64,000 bases of DNA from Selaginella moellendorffii (lineage: Eukaryota; Plantae; Lycopodiophyta): contig NW_003314279.1 of assembly GCF_000143415.4 (NCBI RefSeq), forward strand, positions 1,478,457 through 1,542,456, in the 5' to 3' direction. Positions within the stretch are counted from its first letter, which is position 1. Each line of letters opens with the position of its first letter. This document shows, one piece after another, positions 35,612 to 46,793 of the stretch. The translations under genes were made by a program, and so were the position numbers. The notes beneath the pieces are model-generated. The model was not told the origin of the DNA, did not search any database, and was given only the letters and a program-made list of their open reading frames with translations.

Positions 35612-36001
35612 CATAAACAATAGATCAAACCATGTACATTGATAGATAAAAAAATAGATGCCGGAGGCTATACGCATCGGTTAAACTTATCCAAGCCAGC
35701 CCATGCATGAAAGACACGTCATGGTGTTAATCCCTCCACCGTGGACGCCCGCCACGTGTCCTGGCATATTCCCCCATTCCATCCGAGCTTTTCCCCTTTC
35801 CGCCAAAGCCTCGGAGCTCGTGACGCTTGCTATGGCTATGGAGGTCGGGCATCGCGGATCCACCGCTTTGAGCGCCCCGGGAGGTATTTTTCGGGAGTTC
35901 TAGGCTATCGATCCAGATCGCGGCGTTTTGGGGCGGCATCGCAGCTGGAATTAGCGTGGCTCGCTGCGGCATGAGGTAGATTCTTGGAAATCCGGGGAGG
36001 G

Positions 36002-37350
36002 ATGGCTGCCGGGTGTGGCCGCGGCGAGAATGCGGCAGCGTCGGAGGAGAATCATCGCGCCCTGGTGCCGCGAGCTGCGGAGAATCATGCGAAGATGATG
36101 CTTGTGGGCGCCGGCGCGCGATGCTTGTTCTATCCCACGCTCTTCTACAATGTTGTTCGCAATAGATTCCAGGCAGAGTTTCGGTGGTGGGATGAGATTG
36201 ATCAGGTATGGATTTTCCCCCTTTGGACAAACACTCGTACTAATCATTTTTTCGGTTTTTTTTTTTGTTTTTTTTTTTTCGGTTTTTGCTCCTTGTAGTT
36301 TTTGTTGCTGGGTGCTGTCCCATTTCCAAGAGATATACCCCGTCTTAAGGAAGCTGGTGTTCATGCAGTGGTGACTTTGAACGAATCATACGAGACTTTG
36401 GTTCATACGTCCTTGTACAAGGTTTGTGAGAAACAAAAATGGCTTGAGATCTAAAAACTTTGCTGCTTTTGTGTAGAATCAAGGGATCAATCACCTTGCA
36501 ATTCCGACCAGGGACTATTTATTTGCACCATCTTTCGTTGATCTTCGCCGGGCAGTGCGATTCATTCATGGTAAGTTTTTATCACAGTTTATCTCCGTTT
36601 GGTTTTTGAGTAGATTCCAAATGCGCAGATCACGCACAACTTGGGATGAGGACTTACGTTCACTGCAAGGCAGGACGAGGACGAAGCACCACTGTTGTGA
36701 TTTGCTACTTGGTAAAGTTCTCTGTAGCTTTTTCTCTCTCTCTCGATCGAGTTTCTTACTCGTTTCTCTCAGGTGGAGCACAGAGGGATGACTCCTCTCG
36801 AGGCTTTGAGTTTCGTGCGCTCCAAACGACCTCGAGTTCTTCTAGCCGCCTCCCAATGGAAGGTACACGAAAACTTCCGGTTTGATAATTGCCGCGATAG
36901 AGCGACACCTCTTTCTCTCTCGCCCTCCAGGCAATCCAGGACTACTGTGATCAAGTCATCAAGCCACAGTGCTACATGACTCTGAGCTTCCACACCTCCG
37001 TCGCCACCAGCAGCGAAGCTCCATCCAGCACGGTGGCGACTGTGGAGGATTTGGACTTGGACTTGCCAGTGCTGGTTAGCAAGGCAGACCTGGTGGGCTA
37101 CACGAGCATCGAAGACGCGGGGATCATCGGCAACGAGCTGTGGAAAGACATAAGCTTCGTTTGCCGCTTCCGGCTGGCCGCCATACGCAACTTTCGAGCG
37201 GCTTCCGCCTGGATCGGCACGCATTCCAGAGGGTCAAGCCTCGAAACTTGCAAGAAGATGGCTGCTTCATCGCCATCACCATCCTCTTCGTCGTCGCCAT
37301 CGTCGACTTCGGCGTATGCTTTGGACGGAGTCGTCGTGCCCGTTTGCTAG
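36002..37350 (+). CDS. PTPMT1/DSP8-like phosphatidylglycerophosphate phosphatase
   Basis: LVGAGARCLFYPTL, FRWWDEIDQ|FLLLGAVPFP, IPTRDYLFAP, catalytic YVHCKAGRGRSTT and RSKRPRVLLAASQW. Confidence 0.92.
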
Positions 37351-37658
37351 TCGGGTGGGAAACTGATAAAAGCACCGGATTTTGCCAGGTGGCACTGGTG
37401 GGGCCGTTGATCTGCCAGTTCTTGTTGTAAAAAGGGGTTTTTCCTTCTTACCGCTGCAGTAAGAAATTCAAATTTTTGTCCCCCATTTTTGTCGAGGGTT
37501 CATTCTCAAACCTTTGCGAGTCGCGCTTCCATCGGCCCGGCGGCGGCGCGTCGATCGGGCAGAGGTTTGAGCGCTTGTAGGTTTGGATCTTTGCGCGCTG
37601 GGCTTGGATCGGCTGTTCGGGCAGGGCATTTTTGTGCTCCTCGATTCGAGCTCTCAAA

Positions 37659-39827
37659 ATGGTATGTTGTTTCCCTTGCTCCTGGGCGCCTTGGCTGATT
37701 TGAGGTGGTTCTATTTGCAGGGTTTCCTGTCTGGGGAAGAAGTGTGAGTATTTGTGAATGGATGTATCTATGGTTTCTTGATGGACCTTGTGCATGCAGT
37801 GAGCAGCAAGTGTTTGCTACCGTTCACAATCTGGAGCATTGTGTTAAGTACATAAATCAGTCGCTTGTTGCCTATGGATTTCCAGCACCGCTCGAGCTGG
37901 GCTCGCAAAATCCGGTATGGAACATTTACGCTTTCTCTAGCAACTCACCAAGAAAAAATATTTTCAATGGTACAGGTTGCTGTTGCCAGAACTTGCAACT
38001 GTTTGTTCGCGATACTTCAACAACGGCAGCACGATGTGGAGTTTAGAGAAACAGTCGATGATCAGCGACAAAGGTAAGTTCGCTTACTTACACTTGTTTG
38101 TGTCTAAGTAAGTTTTTTCAGGCTTTTATCTGACATTTCCCGGCTTGAGTCCAAAGTCGAGAGGCTCGAAACCAATCTCGCGGCCAAAGAGAGGGAGCTG
38201 TCCGGGATGCTCAGCAAGGTTTGTGTGTGTCTCTCAGTTCTTTGGGAATTATCACTCGTGCTCTCGTAATTACAGGAGCAGAAAATGACTGCTACTTTTA
38301 AAGCCCAGCTTGAAAAGCTTCAGCAAGAGCGTGACGAGTTTCAGAGAATGGTAATCGGGACACAGGTATGTAATTTATCGTACAGGTAATATATGTTCAA
38401 TGATGGTCGCCTGCAGCAAATACGCACGCAGCAACTTCACGAGATAAAAAAGAAAGAGAAAGAATTCCTCAAACTTCAGGTAATGCTGATGCCATCTACT
38501 GGCTCAAGGGCCTAAACTGTGGAATTTTCTTAGGAACGACTGAATCAAGTTCTTGCTGACAAGAAAAAAGAATCAAGGTCGGGGATGGAGATAATGAGTC
38601 TTCTACAGGCATGAATTTATCGTTTACCTCTTTAAAGTTTCAATTGCGAAGTTACTGTAAACAGAAAGAAAGCCGTCAGCGTGGTACATGGAGCAGCAAG
38701 AAAGCCGATGGGGATTTCTACAAAATGATAGTAAGTGCCAGCGTAAAGTATGATAAAAAAAACTTGCGATGCTTTTGTTACAGGTGGATACTTATGAAAG
38801 TAAAAAGCAAGAACTCATGACTGAAAATGCGGAGCTGAAGACACTTTTGCGGGCAATGCAGGTCCGTGTCAAAACGCTTTCCTAGTTAATATTGAATGCT
38901 TAACAGATGGACATGAGAAACTTTTTGAACAATTCACAAACTTCTTGTGACAACGACTTGCCAGATCGGCCAGTAACTCCGCTTGGTGGACGCGCGGTAA
39001 GCTGGTGCTTCACTTTTTCTATCTAGTTTCACATCGACTTCTCTGCAGGATTTGTTCGATCTTCCCTTTCACATTGCGAAAGACCAGATTGAGGAGAGTT
39101 TGCGCTCGAAAATGGCATCGATCAAGGTACACTTGCAAGCGTTACTGGTTTTTCTACATCGTTTCTCTCTTGATGCAGGAATACATTATTCATTTTCAAC
39201 AGGCTGAGCAGGGGATGCAGCTTGTGAGCGAAGCTACTGAGCGGGAACTTGAGCTGGAGGCGCAACTCGTTGAAGCTCGCAGCATAATCCAAGAGCAGGT
39301 GCATGGCTTTCATGATAGGAGTTGTTGTCTGACTGACTATGTTCTATGCAGGCAGCTGCGATGAGCAAACTCTCCGAGTAGGAAACCATCACTAGTTTGT
39401 TTTAGCAGTGTTACTTATGAGTGCATTCCCTTTGCAGGGGGTATATCGATGAAAATCATGTTGACGAGCTTCAAGGCTATGGGTCTGACTGCTCTCTCCT
39501 CCAAAGAATGTCGCACCAGCTGGACAAGGAGCGCTCGGAAATGGTGCAAGCAAAGGAGCGGCTTCAGGTATGTCCGAAACTACGTTTTTCTTTCATTTCC
39601 TATATGCAAATGACATTTGAGTATGAGCAGGAAGAGCAAGAAGCTTGGAACGTGAAGCTGAGCAAATGGACGTCTGAAATCGAATCGCCTAGCAAGGTAA
39701 GCGACGCAGCGTTCAAGCTTTTCGAGCTCTATCTCAACTTTTCTCACAGGTCCTCAATTGTAATGTGGAAGCGGCCAACAGAAGTCATGGATTCTGTGGG
39801 GGGCTAACGGAATCGTACGCAGTGTAA
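37659..39827 (+). CDS. MSD1: MSD1/SSX2IP-like (ADIP family) coiled-coil protein, many small exons
   Basis: NLEHCVKYINQSLVAYGFPA, LQQRQHDVEFRE, LQQERDEFQRMV, QRGTWSSKKADGDFYKMI, DLFDLPFHIAKDQIEESLR and EATERELELEAQLVEARSIIQEQ. The final exons are inferred. Confidence 0.85.
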
Positions 39828-39972
39828 ACCAGGAAAGCGAGCATTGGGCTGTGCTGCTCATCGTCAACCTCTGGTTCTCGTGATCAATCAAAGTTTGGTT
39901 TCGAAAGTGGCTCAGTGGAATCGAACCAAGGGTGGGGTGTAGGGCTTTAGATTTCTTCTTGGTTTTGAGGCG

Positions 39973-40387
39973 ATGGCAGCTCCAGGGAAGGCTTTGCTTA
40001 CTGCTGGCCTTGCCGCGGTGGGCGGCATTGTCACGCTTTCGCTCATCTCCACCGTCTCACTGCGAGCATTCAAAGCTGTCGTGGATAAAAACCGGGTAAG
40101 CGGTTTACGGCTCTTCTCGTTTGACGTGGTTTTTGATCATTTCCAGAGAAAGGTTGCACCGCCCTGCCAAGTTTGCAAGGGGAAAGGATTTGTTCCATGC
40201 AAGCTCTGCAAAGGCAGCTCCACCGTTAGCTGGTCGCCATTGTTTGATCCGGTCTTCATCAAGCCTTGCGTCTGCCCAACCTGCGAAGGCAACAGGTAGC
40301 TACTCGCATCTTGATCGATTTCTTCTCACCATTGCTTTGTCCAGAGTACAACGTTGCCTCAATTGCATTGGCAATGGCTTCGTCTAG
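39973..40387 (+). CDS. Small DnaJ-like zinc-finger protein with N-terminal hydrophobic segment, 3 exons
   Basis: CQVCKGKG, CKLCKGS, CPTCEGN|R and CLNCIGNG; no J domain. Confidence 0.88.
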
Positions 40388-40612
40388 AAATACTTTAACT
40401 TTGAGCGTGCAGCGTGTGAACAAAAGTGGAAGTGGAAACTTTTTTTTCTTTTCCATTTGTTTTTTTTTTTTTTCCTTTTCTTTGGTAGATCGTTTTACAT
40501 CGTTTCAGCTTGCATGCAGAGAACACGTGGCCATCTATTCTTGAGCCAAATGGTAAGTGCCCGAGGTCTTTATAGTGTCTTGTTGCGAGTTTTAACTCCC
40601 CTCCTTGATTGA

Positions 40613-42836
40613 ATGGGAGCCTGCAGTATTGCATTCTTCTCAACTTTGAGGAGACGGGGCGTTGTTTCCAAGCTCGGGAGGGCTCCAACGTTTTACGTGG
40701 TAAGGAGCCAGTTTCTTCAAACTATTCGTTTCTTCACGGCTCTTCTTCTAGTGAACGCAGAGTAGGATATCATCAATGGCTAAAGAAGCAGCAAGCGCCG
40801 AGGCTGTGGCTAATGTCCCCGGCCTCCGGCATACTGTGTGGGATCAGGACCAGCAGCTTCCGAAGTATCCCCGGATCGCGAAAGACGAGTCCGCTGATGT
40901 TGTGGTCGTGGGCGCTGGTATTGCTGGCATGAATGTTGCCTACAATCTTATCAAGGAGGGGATGTCTGTTATACTACTGGAAGGAAGGACTAGAGGTTTG
41001 TCCTTTTCGTGCTCTTTTTTTTTTCTTTTTATTTCTCGCATTTTGTCCTTGTGCTTGACGAAGTGTTGTTCAGGTAGTGGACAAACAGGGAGAACCACGG
41101 CTCACATTATGCCCTGGAATGACGACTTCTATTATATGCTAGAGCAGCAGCACGGTGCTCAGGTGGTTAAACATGTGGCTGAAAGTCACAGAAGTGCGAT
41201 CGAATGGGTTGCCAACACTGTTCAGGAGGAAAAGCTCGACTGCCATTTCAAACGCCTGGATGGGTATCTGTTTCCGTGCAATGAATCCTCTACTGAGCAC
41301 GATAAGTTACAGAAGGTTCGTGTATATACTGCTACGAGCTAGTTCAAAACTGACACAGACTTTATGTATTACAGGAGTTTGAGGCTTGCAAGAAATTCGG
41401 ATTTGATAACGTGGAGCTGGTGGACTTGGGTGGTGATCCTTCGGTCGGCAAGATTCACAAGGCACTGCGATTTCCCGACGCAGCCGAGTTTCATCCTCTT
41501 ATGTAAGCAGTGTTCACAAAGCAGTTTCTATAGTGTTGACGAAGCCTTTTTTTCTCAGGTATATAAACGGATTGGCCGAAGCATTCGTTCGTCGGGGTGG
41601 TAAAATTTACGAAATGAGTAGAGTGATGGAGATAGATGGAGGAAGTCAAGTTAAAACAGCGGACGGCGTCAGTGTTAGCACTGGAGCTGTGGTTGTGGCA
41701 ACGAACTCCCCTTTGAACCATGACGTGCTCGTGCACGCACGCCAGGCAGCCAGCCATTCGTATGTTGTAGGCTTGAAAGTTCCTAAAGGCTCTGTCAGGT
41801 ATTGTTTTGCTTTTGCTTTTGTCTCATTCCCCAGACACTAGACATTTTTTACTATTTGCTTCAACAGGACAGCCGAGTGGTGGGATACTGATTCGCCTTA
41901 TCATTATGTGCGGCTGGAAGAGAAAGATGGCTACGACGTTTTGATTGTTGGCGGTGGTGACACAAGCACTGGAATGAAGCCTTCCGAGTACAAGGATACT
42001 TACGGGGAGCTGGCCAACTGGGCTCGAGCGCGTTGGACAAGCGCTCAAGAAGTTCTTTACACATGGACAGGACAGGCAAGAAAACAATGTACCACTGGTT
42101 TCGATGACTCAATCTTCCCTCGCAATACAGGTCTTTGAACCGGCAGACAAACTGCATCTTATCGGATTGGAGCCTCTGGAGTCCCTCAAAGGCAGCAATC
42201 AGTACATCGTGACAGGTTCGTAGTCGTTCTTATGCTTCTCTCTTTCCAAGTTGAGATGTCTGGTATAGGTGATAGCGGCCAGGGAATGACAGGAGGAACT
42301 ATCGCGGGGATCCTCATCAGGGACCTCATATTGGGACGGCCGAATCCATGGGCTGCTGTCTATAGTCCAAAGCGGTTGCTGCCGCTGGACGTGTCGACAA
42401 TTAAATCTGCGGTGGAAGAAGCCAATCACACGTTCCAGGTAGATACACGAGGCTGACTTCTCTGTGGCTAAAATGCTACCATGCAGGGATTGAAAGATAC
42501 CATTCCTTTCTTAGGAACGGACAGTGTGGACATCGAAGATCTCCAGACGAGTCACGGAGCTGTGATCCAGACCGGATTGCACAAAGTTGCTGTTTACAAG
42601 GACGGCAATGGAAGAGTTCACCGCCACTCCGGTACATTTATCTATCGAAAAGAGAATTAAATTCCTTCGCCAACTTCGTTTATATGTTTGCTGCAGCCGT
42701 ATGCCCACACATGAAGTGCATTGTGAAATGGAATCCTGTTGATAGCACATTCGATTGTCCCTGCCATGGATCCATTTTCGACCCTTACGGCAAAGTCATC
42801 AACGGCCCAGCAAAGGCCGATCTTTTTGAGATCTGA
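40613..42836 (+). CDS. FAD-dependent (DAO-family) oxidoreductase fused to a C-terminal Rieske [2Fe-2S] domain, YhfW-like
   Basis: DVVVVGAGIAG, GSGQTGRTTAH, VVVATNSP, WTGQ|VFEPAD, TGDSGQGMTGGTIAG and Rieske CPHMKC...CPCHGS. The core starts at ATG 40776; an upstream exon 40613-40699 splices in frame. Confidence 0.92.
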
Positions 42837-42892
42837 GAGGTGGAACGAGAAAGCTTTCGTTTAATGGAAAAAGAGATTCTCGTTTTCGCATA

Positions 42893-45219
42893 TTAGTTGT
42901 TCCCTGTCCTTTCTTCCATCCTTCGGTCCCAGTCGGCAGCATCGTAACTTTGCTCTAGCAAATCCTTCTCGGTTGTGTAAACAATGCGGTCCTTCCCTAT
43001 GATTGTTCTTTCGGCTTGCCGCCGCGCACTACGTAGCTGTTTACAGTGGAAAGGACAGGGTGAATGAGAGCACTCAGCAAAGTTTAGGAAAGATACCTTC
43101 TCGCGCAAGGTCGCGTCAGGAGCTCTCAGGCGCAGCGCTCTCTCCTTTCTCGCCAGGTTACGCCCCTCGATCTTGGTGTTTTTCTGTTGGACTTGAAACC
43201 ACCGGAAGATCGGGATCGCGAAGAAGGCTACCGTGTAGGCCTGTTCAGCTGCGTGTTGGATGGAAGCAAAATACTGTTTCTATATTACCTGTAGCACTGG
43301 GAATGCATTTGAAACGAACTGGAGGAGCCCTCCCATTTGAGCAGTGATGGCAGCGTCCCTGGAAAGACAAAGTTCGCGAGTTATAATTGGAAGAGTTTAC
43401 ACATTAACTGAAACTGTACTTTAACAAGCTACCCAGTGTCAAGACTCCGAGTAGATTGAACGCTCCTAGCGCAACAACAAGAGTTTGGTCTGTTTGCTTG
43501 GCTCGGCTGTGTAAAGCACAAAAAGAAAAAAAGAACACTTAGACAAGAGATGAGATACAACCACACACACCTGAAAGGAAGAGGAGCTTCTTGGAGATAC
43601 TGGAGCCTGTCACCGTTGTGACTTTTCCAAGCTTGATTGGCTGCAGTGCGTTGCAAAGATGGGAAGCGATACACGATGTTTCCCTGCAAGGATTGACGTT
43701 GCTAAAACGACGCAGAATATCAGAAAGCTTACTCTAGCATCGACTTCAGGTTGGCCATCGAATCGTAAGAGAACTGGCAAAACAAACGACTCATCGTCCT
43801 GCCAAACCAAGACAGAATAAAAAAGAGAAAACAGAATAAAAAGCGTTGAAAACAAAACAGCGTACCTTGTTGTTTTCATCCAAGGCGGAGACATCTAAGT
43901 AAGGTGCAAGCTCTTCTGCAGTTACCACGCCACCTTTAGCAGCAATTTCTTCTCCAATCTGGAGATGCAAAACGTAATCTACTTTAGAACAAAAAACGAC
44001 TCATAGCACCCTCAAATACGAACATTTAAGAGTTTCTAGGAGTGACTCTTACCGCCTGCCACCGAACTTCGTCCAGTCCTTCATTGGGATCAGGGTCTCC
44101 AAATACGAACGAGAACACCTGCAAAAGAAACAAAACAGAAAACGTTAGCAACGACTCCGATCTCTAAAGGTATGCCACGCACAGATTCAAGGAAATTCAT
44201 GCCATCTGTTCTTCTCTTCCTCCTTCTATAATAGTAAGGGTCCCAATACCTGCAGAGTTAGTTAGCTCTCTCTTCCTTGCAAAATCGCGACTACCAAAAC
44301 AAGTCGAATGGACTGACGTAAAATGAGAATCCACTTCCGCGTGAGCTATAGCCACCTCGATTATTTCGATTGTCATCTTCACTGCAGACGATTTTCACTC
44401 CAAATATTTCAGAACAATCGTATCAAAAGGAGAAAACAAGAATAAACAACACCAACCTCCGGGCAGACGAAAGCAGCACAAAGATCGATGTGTAAACAAT
44501 CACCAGAGATGCAATAAGTGTCGTTCCAAACGAGACGCGTATCAAGTACTCCGCTCCAGCCTACCAAGAGCCAGTTAAAAGTCTTGTAGAAAACCAAAGG
44601 AAATCACACACACCTTAAGTTTGCTCAAGGCTGGTTCGATCTTGAGCCGGAAAGATTTCGCCAGCAAATTCGATCTATAGTCCTTGGAAAACACGTAAAG
44701 CACGTCTCCTTCGTCCGAGACCTGGCACGGTGGCAGCACGCAAAGTGAGAAAAAAAAAAAAAAAAAAAAAAATCAAAGAAGAAAAGATCATCCATGATCC
44801 TACAAACAAACCTCTAGAAATCCTCCAGTATCAGCAGCAAGAGCTTGCAAAGCGCTCTGAGCCTCGCTAACTTTGAGCCCGGCATTGGTCGCAACATCCC
44901 CGACTGTCACTCGTCCACCCAGCGTATCAATCGCTTTCATGGTCCTCTCCCTCACAGATGGAGCCAACCTATCAGTCTCGATTTGCTCTCCAATCCGGAG
45001 GCCCGACCCGGCCGCTCTACATTCCAGCCGAATCCTCCGAAACAAGCTCGTTCCAAGCTCGCCTCTCCTCCGGCCTCCAATGATCACCACACCCAAAACA
45101 TCCCCTCCTCCTCCTCCTCCATTCGCTGCTCTAGCCACCGGCGTCCTGTTCCTGGAATGGACTGCGTAATCCACGCATCCCTTGCACGAGACGAGGTAGC
45201 CGCATTGAATTGCCGCCAT
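42893..45219 (-). CDS. Conserved uncharacterised chloroplast membrane protein, At5g03900-like
   Basis: Transit peptide, then LGGRVTVGDVATNAGL...LQALAADTGGFLE|VSDEGDVLYVF, VFSFVFGDPDPNEG, GGVVTAEELAPYL and FVLPVLLRFDGQPEV. Confidence 0.88.
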
Positions 45220-45389
45220 GGCGAGCGAGCGATCATCCCATTCCTGGCAGCGCGCTACCTAGCTAAGAGCTCTTACCTCCGGCGCGAGCGCTCCACAGCG
45301 AGAGCCAAAATATTTTCTCTCTTAGGGCTTTCTAGTGGCTATGATTTTGCCGCATATGAGCCGTTGGATTGGTGTTCGTGGTTCCAGCC

Positions 45390-46793
45390 ATGGCCAAGCA
45401 CGTCATTGTGACTGGAGGAAACAGCGGTGAGATGGAAGAGTTTCTTCTCGCGAGAGTTCCTTGGCGTGACAATGTGCTTCTTCTCTCCAGGGATTGGCAA
45501 AGCCACGGCATTGGAGCTTGCGAAGAGGGGAATGGCGATAACACTTGGTTTGGTTCTTTTGAAGTATCCACGCGATCTTCTCGAGTTTTTACTCTCTCGT
45601 GCTCTTGGGCAGCTTGCCGGAATGTGGAGTCGGGCAGTAACGCTGTGAGGGAGCTCATCTCCTTGACGGGAAATCAGTCCATCAGGTAGAGTTGTAAGAT
45701 TAGGAAGTTAGAATTTACGGTCGTGACTTGAAGATCCATGCAATGTGATCTTGCGTCGTTTCATTCCATACGGAAGTTTGTAGACGAGTACAGACGAGCA
45801 GGGTATCCTCTACACGTCCTGGTACGTTTGGAGATCTTTGTAAAACCTCTGGATATGGAGATACTGGCAGATAAACAACGCTGGAGTCATGGCATGTCCA
45901 CTGGACTTCACGCGAGATGGTTTTGAGATGCAGTTTGGGGTAAGCCCAAACTTCTCGATCCAAGGAAGCTGAAAGAAAGAAATTTTCTGGCAAGACCAAT
46001 CACTTGGGCCATTTCCTACTGACGATCCTACTTATGGAGCTCCTTCATTCGAGCGCAACAAAACTGAGGTACAGTACGTGCGTTCGTTAAAGTGTTCTAG
46101 GTAACCAAAATCACATTTTTGACAGGAAAACGTCAAGAGTCGTGGTCCTTGCCTCCGAGGCCGAGAGGATCGGACAGCTCCACTTTGAGGATCTGAATTT
46201 CTCTAATAAGAGAGGTACTATAGCTCTTATCGACTTGTTTAAAAACTTCTCCATATCAGTTTACAATCCGTGGCTAGCATACGCCCAATCCAAACTCGCA
46301 AACTGCCTCTTTAGCCTCGAGCTCAGCCGACAATGCGAGTCTCTCAACCTTCCAATCACATGTAACTCTATCCACCCGGGCATCGTGGACACCAAGGTTC
46401 GATTTTTTTAAATCTTTGCAAGCGATTTGAGATATCACGTATGAGATCCTTGGCAGCTCATCAGGCATGTTTTTCCTGGAGCCATGGCTGACACTTCGGA
46501 AGGCAAAGTGCGTTCCATCTTGCGCAAACTGATTGGTCTTCGAGTGAGTAGAAAAAGATCTCTCTTTGGTGTGTTTTACGAGCATTTCTTTTTGTCTTTC
46601 GCCGCAGTCTCCACTCGAAGGTGCTCAAACGGCGATACACCTCGCAACCTCGGACGAAGTCGAATTTGTCACGGGCCAGTACTTCAAGAACTGCTGCGTT
46701 GCAAAGCCGAGCTCCCAGGCCATGGATAAGACTATCGCTCGAAAGCTGTGGCAAGTTTGCGAGGAGCTCACCGGTGATAAGCTCAATGTGTAA
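45390..46793 (+). CDS. Short-chain dehydrogenase/reductase, RDH11-14/Tic32-like
   Basis: VIVTGGNS|GIG, INNAGVMA, QFG|TNHLGHFLLT, catalytic YAQSK and HPGIVDT. Confidence 0.93.

Noticed and set aside
44749-44772. Long poly-A run
   Set aside because: It is the intronic pyrimidine tract of the minus-strand gene, not a retroposon tail.
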